Below, one piece after another: positions 10,151 to 19,742 of a stretch of 64,000 nucleotides of DNA. The position numbers and the translations under genes are program-made. The notes below the pieces were generated by a model that worked only from the letters and a program-made list of their open reading frames with translations, was not told where the DNA came from and ran no database searches. The stretch is from an uncultured Rhodobacteraceae bacterium (GTDB lineage Bacteria; Pseudomonadota; Alphaproteobacteria; Rhodobacterales; Rhodobacteraceae). The DNA lies in the NCBI GenBank assembly GCA_947498415.1, contig CANMKB010000007.1, positions 9,393 through 73,392 of the forward strand, given 5' to 3'. Within the stretch, counting starts at the first letter, position 1, and every line of letters starts with the position of its first letter.

Positions 10151-10803
10151 CACGCGATTGGGAACCCAGCCCAAGAGGCATCAAAGAAATCGCGCTCGCG
10201 ACGAACGGCCTTGGTGAACACTTCTTCGACTGTTGCTTTCTGCACGTCGTCGAGGGTTTCCCAAACTTGATCAAGCTGCCCGCGCAGATACGACACAACA
10301 CCCTCAAAGCCTTCGCCTGCATGAAGTGTAATCCACTCGCCCAGCCAGAAGGGAAGATCGGCAGCTTTGCCTTCGACCGGGGCGGCCCATTCGAGGTAAA
10401 CCCACTCAGCGACCACCAACACGGCCAGCATGACTTCGTATCTGCCAGAAAGACGTGCTTCTTCCATCAGATTCTGGAACGCGACGGTTTCTTTAGCGGC
10501 TTCGGCGTATGGCTGAGTGTCCAGCGCTTCGAAGCTGCGCAAAAAATATGTATTTTCTGGCCCTGTGATCACCGCAAGGAATTGTGCCGCTGGAACGCTA
10601 TCCGCCAAAGAAGGTGCATGTGCGATTGCAGAAGCAAGTAGGCGCACAAATCCATCAATAAAAAGGTAATCCTGTTGCAGATATCCGCGCATCTTATCTG
10701 CGTCCAATGACCCATCCGCCAAAGCGTTGGTGAACGCGTGTTGTGTTGCCGCCGCCCAATCGTCTGCGGCCAATGATCTTAAATGCTCAGTCGCGCGCAT
10801 CAC
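10150..10803 (-). CDS. tenA: TenA family protein, TenA_E type (no catalytic Cys)
   Basis: YLQQDYLF and RERDFF motifs; VAEWVY replaces the PC..GY motif. Confidence 0.8.
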   Translation of the reverse strand: MMRATEHLRSLAADDWAAATQHAFTNALADGSLDADKMRGYLQQDYLFIDGFVRLLASAIAHAPSLADSVPAAQFLAVITGPENTYFLRSFEALDTQPYAEAAKETVAFQNLMEEARLSGRYEVMLAVLVVAEWVYLEWAAPVEGKAADLPFWLGEWITLHAGEGFEGVVSYLRGQLDQVWETLDDVQKATVEEVFTKAVRRERDFFDASWAGFPIA

Positions 10804-11531
10804 GCATCCTCTCTGAGTTTGTTTAATAGATTTGTTTGGGCACGGATGACTTCGATATCATCAATGGCCCTCGGTGTGCGGCCTGATGGTGGCGCAATAT
10901 CTTCGATCCCGGCTTCAGTCATCAGCTTGATGTGATGCCCCAACCGCGCAGCCTCTGCGGGATCGTGCGTGACCAGCAAAACGGTGCGTCCAACCAAGAG
11001 TTCAGCGGTCAGTTCCTGCATCCGCGCACGTGTTTTTGCATCAAGTGCAGAAAACGGTTCATCAAGTAGAACAACTGGCCGATCTTCCATCAAAGTTCGT
11101 GCAAGCGCAACGCGCTGACGCTGCCCTCCAGAAAGCTCTGATGGTTTCCGTTTTGCTTTTTCCGCAAGTCCGACACGCTCTAGCACGTCTGCTGCATGGC
11201 TTAAGTCGGGCTTCTCCCCGCGAAGACGGGCCCCAAGGGCCACATTATCTTCGACGGCCAGCCAAGGCAGCAAAAGATCACTTTGCGCCATAAGCGCGAC
11301 TTGGCCTTCCAGTGCTGTAAAGTCACCGTCAAACTCGACCCGCTCTCCGAGCCCCGCGAACAGCCTAAGTATCGTCGATTTCCCGACACCGCTTGAACCA
11401 AGTAAACAGGTCCACTGCCCCGCCGCCACTTCGAGCGAAAGCGTTTCAAAGATGGGGCTCCCCCCAATCGACGCTTTACCGTTCATATGCAGCGCCGGAG
11501 CTAAAGTCATGGGCGCAAACCCATATCCCAA
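10800..11531 (-). CDS. thiZ: ABC ATP-binding protein, ThiZ-like
   Basis: GSSGVGKS, LSGGQRQR, LLDEPF. Exact start uncertain. Confidence 0.82.
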   Translation of the reverse strand: MGYGFAPMTLAPALHMNGKASIGGSPIFETLSLEVAAGQWTCLLGSSGVGKSTILRLFAGLGERVEFDGDFTALEGQVALMAQSDLLLPWLAVEDNVALGARLRGEKPDLSHAADVLERVGLAEKAKRKPSELSGGQRQRVALARTLMEDRPVVLLDEPFSALDAKTRARMQELTAELLVGRTVLLVTHDPAEAARLGHHIKLMTEAGIEDIAPPSGRTPRAIDDIEVIRAQTNLLNKLREDA

Positions 11532-12175
11532 AAGCCGACTTCCAGCTTAGTCGCCATATCAAAGCGCTTGCACAATGCCGCCCAGCGCGGGCTTTGGGTT
11601 GGATCGTCGCCCAGGCGACGTGTGACGGCTGCGTCGATTAAGTCGCTGACCGCAGTGCAGACGCCTTGATATTCATCACCACCATAGGTGCTGATCCAAT
11701 CTGCATAGGCAGGAGCATGATCTTTCACCAAAGTAGCGCCGATTTCACCGTAGCCCAAAACACATGGTGCAAGCGCGGCCAGCAAGTCTAGGAAATCACC
11801 GGAATGGCCTGCGTCCAATACATAACGCGTATAGGCCAAGTTCTCGGCACGTTCTTCGGTGGCAAAAAGCTCTTCTTCCGAAATCCCTGCCTCGGCACAA
11901 ACCTTAATGTGCAGCGCAATTTCTTCGTTGATCAAACCATCGACGGTTCCCGCACATAGGCGCATTTCTTCGACTGTGTCTGCTTTGGTGACCGCCAAAG
12001 CCCAAGCCCGAGAAAAATGGATCAGAAAGACATAATCTTGCTTGAGATAGTGCAAGAACGCTTCTTGCGGCAAAGAACCGTCTTTCAGTCCACGCACAAA
12101 AGAATGGTCGACGTAGGCGGGCCAATTCTGGCCCGCCGCGTCCCGCCAAAGCGGAAAGGTTTTACCGTAAGACAT
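11507..12175 (-). CDS. tenA: Thiaminase II / aminopyrimidine aminohydrolase, TenA_C type
   Basis: YLKQDYVFL, LAPCVLGY (catalytic Cys), LEVGFW. Confidence 0.88.
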   Translation of the reverse strand: MSYGKTFPLWRDAAGQNWPAYVDHSFVRGLKDGSLPQEAFLHYLKQDYVFLIHFSRAWALAVTKADTVEEMRLCAGTVDGLINEEIALHIKVCAEAGISEEELFATEERAENLAYTRYVLDAGHSGDFLDLLAALAPCVLGYGEIGATLVKDHAPAYADWISTYGGDEYQGVCTAVSDLIDAAVTRRLGDDPTQSPRWAALCKRFDMATKLEVGFWDMGLRP

Positions 12176-12177
12176 TC

Positions 12178-13113
12178 TTACTCTGCACCAAGATCAACAG
12201 CCAGATCAGACACAGGGCGGGTGCCGTCGACAAGTTTGGAATCCGCCAAGAATTGCTCAAAGCGAACATAACGACCTTCGTCCAACGCTTCTGGGCGCAA
12301 GGCAAAACGTGGCAACGTATCGACCCATGCTTTTTCATTCAGCTCGTCTTGCAGCTCTGCCGAAGTTGCAGCAAAGATTTCCCAGCTCTCTTGTGGATGG
12401 TTCACGATGTATTGGGTTGCCAGCTCTGTAGCCCGCAGGAAGCGACGGGTTTTATCCGCATCCATGGTCTCTTTATGAGCAACATAGATCAGCTCGTCAT
12501 AAGTCGGCACACCTTCTTCTTCGATATAGAAGCACTTGCCTTCGACGCCTTCGATTTCCATCTGATTGAGTTCAAAGTTGCGATACGCACCCAGAACCGC
12601 ATCAACTTGACCCGACATCAAAGATGGGGACAGCGACCAATTCACATTGACCAGCTCGATGTCATCCATCGCAAGGCCATGCGTGTTCAGGATAGTGCCC
12701 AACAGTGCTTCTTCAACACCGGCAACAGAGTAACCGACTTTGCCCCCCTTAAGATCAGAGATTTCTTTGATTGGACCGTCTTTTAGAACCAGCAAGCAGT
12801 TCAATGGCGTTGCAACCAAGGTGCCTACACGAACCAAAGGCAGGCCTTCGGCCACTTGCAGGTGCAATTGCGGCTGATAGGAAACGGCCAATTCAGCTTG
12901 ACCTGCGGCAACCAACTTTGGAGGTGCAGATGGGTCTGCTGGAGGCACGATATTAACCTCCAGACCCTGATCGGCAAAGAAGCCTTTTTCTTGCGCCACG
13001 ATAATTGGGCCGTGGTCTGGGTTAATAAACCAGTCCAGCAGCACAGTCATTTTATCCGCTGCAAACGCAGGGGTCGCGGTCAGCATCGCAGCTGCCAGCA
13101 TCATCTTTTTCAT
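12178..13113 (-). CDS. thiY: ABC substrate-binding protein, NMT1/THI5 (ThiY-like)
   Basis: Signal peptide, [21 protein letters not shown]. Confidence 0.88.
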   Translation of the reverse strand: MKKMMLAAAMLTATPAFAADKMTVLLDWFINPDHGPIIVAQEKGFFADQGLEVNIVPPADPSAPPKLVAAGQAELAVSYQPQLHLQVAEGLPLVRVGTLVATPLNCLLVLKDGPIKEISDLKGGKVGYSVAGVEEALLGTILNTHGLAMDDIELVNVNWSLSPSLMSGQVDAVLGAYRNFELNQMEIEGVEGKCFYIEEEGVPTYDELIYVAHKETMDADKTRRFLRATELATQYIVNHPQESWEIFAATSAELQDELNEKAWVDTLPRFALRPEALDEGRYVRFEQFLADSKLVDGTRPVSDLAVDLGAE

Positions 13114-14117
13114 GAACGTATCTCCTTAATGTTCGTAATGCCCTTCGCGTCATTTTCTCCAAGCGCGATGAGCACAATTTTTCCGGGCCATACAGCCTTA
13201 AGCCGGTCCGCAGCCTGCCAAGCACGCAATCCGGATTTACAGGCGAGTACTGCACGTTGATCTTCTCGTGGCGTCGGGCCACCGGCGCCAAATTCTGTAA
13301 CGTTGTGTCTAAGGGCGCCCAACAGCTCTGGGCCAGCTTCCTCGATGGCACGCAGGTCGACGACGAAATCATCGGCTTCAATGTCTTGTGAGGAAATAAA
13401 GCTATGCCCACCAATTTGAGGTGGTGCATTATCAAATCGAAATCCGCCAAATCGCATGGATTCTGCATTAAGCGTGACAAGCTGCCCGATGGGTGACGGC
13501 GTGGCATCGGTTAAGATCGCAATGGCCATTTGTGCTTGAATAGACCCAATTATGCCCACGGATGGCCCAAGGACACCGTCGGTATCACAGCTGCCCAGCC
13601 GCGTGGGTAAATCTGGAAAAAGCGTTCTAAGGCACGGGACACCCGCGCAAAAGGCGCCACAGTACCCTTCGCTCCCAACGACAGAGGCGCTTATCAACGG
13701 CAGATTGGCAGCGGTGCAGTTATCACTTGCAACATAGCTCGCGGCAAAACTGTCAGCACAATCCAAAACCAGGTCGATACCTTCAAACAACTCATCAACC
13801 GTATCAGGCTCAAAGCGCATGACTTTTGCTTCGATACGAACTTCAGGGTTTAGGGCAACCATATGGGCCAAAGCCGCTTCGGCTTTTGCGATTCCGATGT
13901 CGCCTTCGCGAAAGATCGTCTGCCGATGAAGGTTCGTCAATTCAACCACATCTGGGTCAACCAACCGAATAAAACCAACACCCGCCCCAACAAGATATTG
14001 CAACACCGGAGCTGCAAGCCCACCTGCGCCGATCACAAGCACCCGCGCGGCCCGCAGTTTCGCCTGCCCCACTGCGCCAAAGCTTGGCACAACCACTTGG
14101 CGTGCATAGCGGGTCAT
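13110..14117 (-). CDS. thiF: ThiF/MoeB adenylyltransferase with C-terminal rhodanese-like domain
   Basis: RYARQ, GAGGL, NLHRQ, LDCAD; C-terminal DLR..CKSGLR. ATG 14117 overlaps the thiE stop. Confidence 0.85.
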   Translation of the reverse strand: MTRYARQVVVPSFGAVGQAKLRAARVLVIGAGGLAAPVLQYLVGAGVGFIRLVDPDVVELTNLHRQTIFREGDIGIAKAEAALAHMVALNPEVRIEAKVMRFEPDTVDELFEGIDLVLDCADSFAASYVASDNCTAANLPLISASVVGSEGYCGAFCAGVPCLRTLFPDLPTRLGSCDTDGVLGPSVGIIGSIQAQMAIAILTDATPSPIGQLVTLNAESMRFGGFRFDNAPPQIGGHSFISSQDIEADDFVVDLRAIEEAGPELLGALRHNVTEFGAGGPTPREDQRAVLACKSGLRAWQAADRLKAVWPGKIVLIALGENDAKGITNIKEIRS

Positions 14118-14710
14118 GCGCAAACTTCCAGCCATTCGCGCACGCGTGCTTCGGGGTCGTCTTTCAAGGTGATGTCTGTCACGGCTGCCACGATGTCGGC
14201 ACCCGCATCAAACGCACCGGGCGCACGTTCAACTGACATGCCCCCGATCGCAACCAAAGGCACATCCCCGATCAGCTTTTTCCACTCGGTTACTTTTTCA
14301 AGCCCTTGCTGGTGCCATTTCATTTTCTTCAAAATCGTGGGGTACACCGGCCCTAAAGCGACGTAATCAGGTTTAAACGCCAAGACACGATCAAGCTCAT
14401 CATTGTCGTGGGTTGAAACGCCCAACTTCAAACCTGCCTCGCGGATTGCGCCGAGGTCTGCATCATCAAGGTCTTCTTGCCCCAGATGCAGCCAATCGCA
14501 TTCCGCTTCAATCGCCAGCTGCCAGTAATCGTTCACAACCAGCGTTGCTCCATGCTCTGAACACAAAGCTTGGGCGGCTTTGATCTGTGCACGTACGTCA
14601 TCCATTGGGCGGTCTTTGATCCGCAGCTGCACAAGTTTAACGCCAAGCGGAACCATGCGTTCCAGCCAGCGCACATCGTCGAACACGGGATAAAAGCGAT
14701 GCAAACTCAT
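14114..14710 (-). CDS. thiE: Thiamine-phosphate synthase
   Basis: VQLRIK, VNDYW, HLGQED, GVSTH, VAIGG. Confidence 0.93.
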   Translation of the reverse strand: MSLHRFYPVFDDVRWLERMVPLGVKLVQLRIKDRPMDDVRAQIKAAQALCSEHGATLVVNDYWQLAIEAECDWLHLGQEDLDDADLGAIREAGLKLGVSTHDNDELDRVLAFKPDYVALGPVYPTILKKMKWHQQGLEKVTEWKKLIGDVPLVAIGGMSVERAPGAFDAGADIVAAVTDITLKDDPEARVREWLEVCA

Positions 14711-15480
14711 TCCAGAAACGCCTTTCCAATAACTGGCGTTGATGGCGCAGCCATATCACGGGGCTCCATTGGGTCAGCTTGTTGCGCAAGAGCACCTGCT
14801 TGTACGGCCAAAGCAAACCCTTCTGCCATTGCCGCAGGGTCGCCCGCCTTGGCCACCGCTGTGTTTAGCAAAACTGCGTCATAGCCCAATTCGATGGCCT
14901 GCGCGGCTTGGCTTGGCACTCCAAGCCCCGCATCAACAACCAAAGGCACCTCTGGGAAGTGCGCACGTAGCGAGCGCAATCCGTAGATGTTGTTCAAACC
15001 CAAGCCCGTTCCAATTGGAGCGCCCCAAGGCATCAAGACCTGGCAGCCGGCATCCAGAAGTTTGTCGCAAAGGACAAGGTCTTCGGTGCAATATGGAAAG
15101 ACTTGAAAACCATCTTCCGACAGAATGCGGGCCGCTTCGACCAAGCCAAACACATCAGGCTGCAGAGTATCAGAATGCCCAATCACCTCCAGCTTGATCC
15201 AAGGCGTTTCAAACAGCTCACGCGCCATATGTGCTGTGGTGACGGCCTCTCGTACGGAATGGCAACCAGCCGTATTGGGCAACAAAGCTACATCTAGTTC
15301 TTTGATCAAATCCCAAAACGCTTGCCCAGCCTTATCCCCACCTGCTTCGCGACGTACAGATACAGTTGCAATCCCAGCGCCCGAACGTCGGAACGCATCC
15401 GCCAAAATCGCAGGTGATGGATATTGCGCAGTGCCCAGCATCAAACGAGAATTGATTTCTTTGCCGTAAAAGTTAGGCAT
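14707..15480 (-). CDS. thiG: Thiazole synthase
   Basis: [37 protein letters not shown]. Confidence 0.95.
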   Translation of the reverse strand: MPNFYGKEINSRLMLGTAQYPSPAILADAFRRSGAGIATVSVRREAGGDKAGQAFWDLIKELDVALLPNTAGCHSVREAVTTAHMARELFETPWIKLEVIGHSDTLQPDVFGLVEAARILSEDGFQVFPYCTEDLVLCDKLLDAGCQVLMPWGAPIGTGLGLNNIYGLRSLRAHFPEVPLVVDAGLGVPSQAAQAIELGYDAVLLNTAVAKAGDPAAMAEGFALAVQAGALAQQADPMEPRDMAAPSTPVIGKAFLE

Positions 15481-15481
15481 C

Positions 15482-15679
15482 TCAGCCTCCTTGCCGTGGA
15501 GCTACAATTTCGACGCGGTCTCCGGCATCCAGATCATGTGTGGCACGTAGGGTTGCGGGAACGAACTCTTCGTTCACGGCGGTCGCCACTTTGGCACCGC
15601 CGTGGCCGAGTTCATCTAGAACGTCAGCCAATGTCGAAGCCTTAACCTCGACTTTTTCACCATTCACGATGATTTTCAC
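15482..15679 (-). CDS. thiS: Sulfur carrier protein ThiS
   Basis: 65 aa ubiquitin-like protein ending GG; [10 protein letters not shown]. Confidence 0.93.
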   Translation of the reverse strand: MKIIVNGEKVEVKASTLADVLDELGHGGAKVATAVNEEFVPATLRATHDLDAGDRVEIVAPRQGG

Positions 15680-16653
15680 GTCTCATCCCTCCAAAACTCG
15701 GGCACAACATTGTCGAGCAAATAGGCGCCCGTCATTCGCGCCAATGCTGGCGCGAGAAGATATCCATGACGAAACAAGCCATTCACATAAAGATGGTCAC
15801 CTTTACGGGTAATCCGTGGAAGGTTGTCGGGAAATGCCGGGCGCGCATCCACGCCAATCTCTAGCAATTCTGCCTCGCCAAAGGCAGGGTGCAGCGCATA
15901 GGCCGCGTTCAGTAATTCAACAACAGATCGCACTGTTGGCCGATCACGCTCTTCGCTTTCGATCTGCGTGGCTCCCAGCATAAACACCCCGTCCCCGCGC
16001 GGCACGATGTATAGGGGAAAACGTGGATGCAGCAGGCGTATCGGACGCTCAAGCGAAACGTCTGGTGCGCGTAAAATGACCATTTCGCCTTTGACGCCCC
16101 GCAATTCCGGCAAATGAGGCTTTGCGGCGAGGCCAGTACAATCAATCACCTGTCCTAGGTGTTTCGCAGCCTCTGCAAATTTGACACCGGTCGAAACAAG
16201 CCGATCGCGCAATGACATCAGCGTATCACGTGGGTTCAAATGCGCCTCTCGCGTCATAAACAACGCCCGATCAAAACGCTCGGCTAGTTGTGGCTCTCGG
16301 TCTGAAAGGGCAGACCGATCCAGCATGTCGTGATTTTCAGTGCGCCGCGCGAAACGGTCTAACTCTGTGCGATCGCGACCCAATGCAACCACGATAGACC
16401 CGTTGTAGGTCACCTTGGCCCCATTGGTTTCCCACCACTCCGCCGCTTGGCGACCAAGACGCACCACTGGCTCTTCGGCCACCTCACCTTCGCAATCAGC
16501 AGCCAACATGCCACCGGCCCACCAGCTACATCCATGCGGACCAGGCGCACCGTTAGGGTCAATAACCGTAACCTCACATCCACGACCAGACAGCTCTGCC
16601 GCGACCGTTAAGCCGACGATACCGCCCCCTAGGATTGTGACGGTTTGGGTCAT
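15676..16653 (-). CDS. thiO: Glycine oxidase ThiO
   Basis: GGGIVG FAD motif, SWWAGGML, GLFRHGYL. ATG 16653 overlaps the thiD stop. Confidence 0.9.
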   Translation of the reverse strand: MTQTVTILGGGIVGLTVAAELSGRGCEVTVIDPNGAPGPHGCSWWAGGMLAADCEGEVAEEPVVRLGRQAAEWWETNGAKVTYNGSIVVALGRDRTELDRFARRTENHDMLDRSALSDREPQLAERFDRALFMTREAHLNPRDTLMSLRDRLVSTGVKFAEAAKHLGQVIDCTGLAAKPHLPELRGVKGEMVILRAPDVSLERPIRLLHPRFPLYIVPRGDGVFMLGATQIESEERDRPTVRSVVELLNAAYALHPAFGEAELLEIGVDARPAFPDNLPRITRKGDHLYVNGLFRHGYLLAPALARMTGAYLLDNVVPEFWRDET

Positions 16654-17447
16654 GTCCAAACCTCGTGGAAGTGGTGAACCGGGCCATGCCCATGGCCAAT
16701 GTTAAGCTGATCAGACGCTGTGATTGCCCCATGCAACCATGTGTGCGCACGACGCAACGCATTCTCTAGATCTGCGCCTTTCGCCAATTCAGCTGCAATC
16801 GCCGATGACAAAGTACAACCTGTGCCATGTGTATTTCGTGTCTCAATGCGGGGGGCTGCAAAGTCTGTGACTTTGTTTGGTGTCACAAGCCAATCGCGAC
16901 ATGTCAAACCCAAAGCATGCCCGCCCTTCATCACGACAGCTTTTGCGCCCAACCGCAGAATGTCTTCGCCCTGTTGAAGAATGGCATCGTCGCCCAGCGC
17001 TTCGGCTTGACCCAAAATTTTTCCGGCCTCAGGCAAGTTTGGGGTCAACACAGTCGCCATTGGCAACAAGACTTGGATGAGTGAATCAACCGCCTCATCG
17101 GCAAGCAATGCAACGCCTGACTTGGACAGCATAACAGGGTCTAGAACGATAGGGCCTTTATATCCTTCTAGGGATTTTGCTACGGTCTCGATCAACGCAG
17201 GAGACCCCAGCATGCCGATTTTGATGGCCTGAATTTCAATATCGTCCAACACGGCTTTGATTTGTGCAGCGACAACCTCATTGCTAATGGGCTCTACCGC
17301 CGTCACATCTGTGGTGTTCTGAGCAGTGATCGCGGTGATCGCGCTGGTTCCGAACACGCCCAAAGCAGAAAAAGTCTTGAGGTCGGCCTGAATACCGGCG
17401 CCCCCGCCGCTGTCAGAACCCGCGATTGTCATTGCGGCAAAGGCCAT
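16650..17447 (-). CDS. thiD: HMP/HMP-P kinase
   Basis: TIAGSDSGGGAGIQADLK, KIGML, TPNLPEA, THGTGCTLS; GGAGG SD before ATG 17447. Confidence 0.95.
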   Translation of the reverse strand: MAFAAMTIAGSDSGGGAGIQADLKTFSALGVFGTSAITAITAQNTTDVTAVEPISNEVVAAQIKAVLDDIEIQAIKIGMLGSPALIETVAKSLEGYKGPIVLDPVMLSKSGVALLADEAVDSLIQVLLPMATVLTPNLPEAGKILGQAEALGDDAILQQGEDILRLGAKAVVMKGGHALGLTCRDWLVTPNKVTDFAAPRIETRNTHGTGCTLSSAIAAELAKGADLENALRRAHTWLHGAITASDQLNIGHGHGPVHHFHEVWT

Positions 17448-17516
17448 TCGATATCCTCCAACAGTGCGGTCTAACGAAAGAGGGGAAACCGGGCAGATAC
17501 TCTTGCCAATCGAGGC

Positions 17517-17600
17517 TCCGTTCCCTCCGCCGGTATTGACCGGATCAGGTTCGATGGGTTGGCTCTCGCCTCTCAGCATTATGTGATGCACCCCAACGGA
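17517..17600 (-). ncRNA. TPP riboswitch
   Basis: Minus strand reads UCCGUUGGGGUGC..GCUGAGAG..AACCCAUCGAACCUGAUCCGGUCAAUACCGGCGGAGGGAACGGA: all THI-box hallmarks, with P1 CCGUU/AACGG, 70 nt upstream of thiD. Confidence 0.95.
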
Positions 17601-17707
17601 TGCTCGGTCCGTATCAAAAACCACTTCTTAAAGCAAGGCAGCGCGACATCTGGACTCTGCCCCGGGTACGACTGGCGTTAAATTTCTCCATCAGCGATCT
17701 GGAGGTC

Positions 17708-17725
17708 ATGTCATTATCTCGTTAC
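17708..17725 (+). promoter_or_regulatory. Weak Pho-box candidate upstream of DUF1045
   Basis: ATGTCAT-TATC-TCGTTAC, two half-sites 11 bp apart, 55 nt before the ATG. Confidence 0.35.
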
Positions 17726-17780
17726 GACAATTGGGCATGGATGATGATTAGCCAAAATCACACTGCCGAGGGATCACACA

Positions 17781-18467
17781 ATGCACTTTGAACGCTATGC
17801 CATCTATTACACAGCACCAGCCGGGCAGCTGGCAGATTTTGGTGCATCGTGGTTGGGGTGGGATGTCGCGAATGGCACCAAGGTCGCTCATACAAACTGG
17901 TCTCTGGCAGGTTTTGACATCTCGGAGGTCACCAAGACACCTCGAAAGTATGGCTTTCATGGCACGATCAAACCGCCGTTCCGCCTTGCTGAAGGCCGAG
18001 GCGCTGAAAGCCTACATCAAGAAACCCAAGCATTATGCAATCAGCTGCAAAAGGTTTCCTTGGACGGGCTAGAGCTTTCTCAACTCGGGCGCTTCCTTGC
18101 CCTCACGCCCCGCGGCGACGCCTCCCCGCTTGCCAAGCTGGCAGCACATGTCGTGAAGGAACTCGATGGCTTTCGCTCACCACCAAACGCCAAGGAACTT
18201 GAGAAACGTCGCAAAGCCAATCTATCACCTGTGCAAGAGCAGTATTTATTGGATTGGGGTTACCCCTATGTGTTGGAAGAATTCCGTTTTCATCTGACTT
18301 TAACGGGCCGGCTGAAACGAGAAGATGCGAGTGTTTTGAAAAGCCTCATGTCCTCGTTTGTTGAACCAATGCTTCCGAGCCCATTTGAAGTTCATGATCT
18401 CACTTTAGCAGGCGAGGCACCGGATGGTCAGTTTTATGAAATTGAACGCTTCCCTTTGCGAGGGTGA
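17781..18467 (+). CDS. DUF1045 phosphonate-metabolism-associated protein (2H phosphoesterase-like)
   Basis: RYAIYY, P.KYGFHGTIKPPF, WGYPYV.EEFRFHLTLTG (two HxT motifs). Confidence 0.85.
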   Translation: MHFERYAIYYTAPAGQLADFGASWLGWDVANGTKVAHTNWSLAGFDISEVTKTPRKYGFHGTIKPPFRLAEGRGAESLHQETQALCNQLQKVSLDGLELSQLGRFLALTPRGDASPLAKLAAHVVKELDGFRSPPNAKELEKRRKANLSPVQEQYLLDWGYPYVLEEFRFHLTLTGRLKREDASVLKSLMSSFVEPMLPSPFEVHDLTLAGEAPDGQFYEIERFPLRG

Positions 18468-18496
18468 ATTTCGAAATCCCTTAAAATAAGGCTGTG

Positions 18497-18514
18497 CTGT
18501 CATTTGGCTTTCAC
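18497..18514 (+). promoter_or_regulatory. Pho box upstream of phnM
   Basis: CTGTCAT-TTGG-CTTTCAC fits CT(G/T)TCAT-N4-CT(G/T)TCA(C/T), 42 nt before ATG 18557. Confidence 0.7.
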
Positions 18515-18556
18515 AAATCTAGCTTAGGTTGTGAAGAAATTGTCGAGAGCAGTTCC

Positions 18557-19741
18557 ATGTCGTTTTTTCTTCCCCCACTTCGGTTAACCGGGGCTACAAT
18601 TTTGCGCGATGGCGAGATGCAGCAGCGCTCAGTCGCTATCGCGAATGGGCGCATCACAAAGGGCCCCTTGCCCGAAGTCGATCTAAGTGGATATTTCATC
18701 CTACCAGGTATCATCGACCTGCATGGTGATGCTTTTGAACGCCACATTGTGCCACGACCAAGCGCGGCTTTCCCCATCGAAACAGGTCTTCGCGCCACGG
18801 ATCGGGATACGGCCACTAACGGTGTCACAACTGCTTGGATGGCGCAAAGCTGGAGCTGGGAAGGCGGGCATCGCGGACCAGATTTTGCCGAGACGTTTCT
18901 ACAAGCTGTCGAAGACTATCGCCCACGCATGCTAAGCGATCTACGCGTTCAAATTCGATGTGAAACACATACTGTGGGCACGCGAGACCGCTTTATCAAA
19001 GCCATCAAGCGATTTGGCGTCGACTATGTGATTTTCAACAATCACCTAGAGGAAGCGTTGCATCTTGCAAATGCAAAGCCCGAAGAACTGGCACTTTGGG
19101 CCAAGAAGTCAGGCAGCACTCCGCAAGAGCACCTCGCACGCGTCTGGGAAGCTCGCGATCAGGCCCGAGACGTTCCGCGCCACCTTTGCAAACTGGCCGA
19201 AGCCTTTGACTTGCTTGGGATCACTTACGGCAGCCATGATGACCCTGACGGCGATACGCGCGAAACCTATTCTTTGATTGGCGCAAAGATTTGCGAATTT
19301 CCGACAGCGGTCGCGCCGGCCGCTGTGGCCAAAGCAGTGAATGACCCCGTGTTGATGGGCGCACCCAATATTGTGCGCGGAGGAAGTCAGTCTGGTAACA
19401 TTGCAGCAATCGACCTCGTTCAGTCTGATCTCTGCGATGCCTTGGTTTCAGATTATTATTACCCAGCACTCGCACAGGCGGCCTTTTACCTTTTTGACAA
19501 AGGGGTCTTACCCCTCGAGGACGCTTGGGCGCTGATTTCAAAGAATCCTGCAGACATTCTAGGCTTGCACGATCGCGGTACCATTGATCATGGAAAACGC
19601 GCGGATCTGGTCGTAATCAATCCAAATACAAGGTTGATTGAGGCGACGATATGTGGCGGGCGCATCACCCATATGATGGGCGAAGCAGCAAACCAATTCA
19701 TGCGTGGCAACCTTCAGGATCAGGCGCTCGCTGCCGAATAG
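18557..19741 (+). CDS. phnM: PhnM-family amidohydrolase (alpha-D-ribose 1-methylphosphonate 5-triphosphate diphosphatase-like)
   Basis: LPGIIDLHGD, GSHDD, EFP, MGAPNIVRGGSQSGN, LVSDYY, GKRADLV. Confidence 0.85.
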   Translation: MSFFLPPLRLTGATILRDGEMQQRSVAIANGRITKGPLPEVDLSGYFILPGIIDLHGDAFERHIVPRPSAAFPIETGLRATDRDTATNGVTTAWMAQSWSWEGGHRGPDFAETFLQAVEDYRPRMLSDLRVQIRCETHTVGTRDRFIKAIKRFGVDYVIFNNHLEEALHLANAKPEELALWAKKSGSTPQEHLARVWEARDQARDVPRHLCKLAEAFDLLGITYGSHDDPDGDTRETYSLIGAKICEFPTAVAPAAVAKAVNDPVLMGAPNIVRGGSQSGNIAAIDLVQSDLCDALVSDYYYPALAQAAFYLFDKGVLPLEDAWALISKNPADILGLHDRGTIDHGKRADLVVINPNTRLIEATICGGRITHMMGEAANQFMRGNLQDQALAAE

Positions 19742-19742
19742 G

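Noticed and set aside
17448-17624. 59-aa N-terminal extension of ThiD in the ORF track
   Set aside because: It runs through the TPP riboswitch; the real start is ATG 17447 behind a GGAGG SD.
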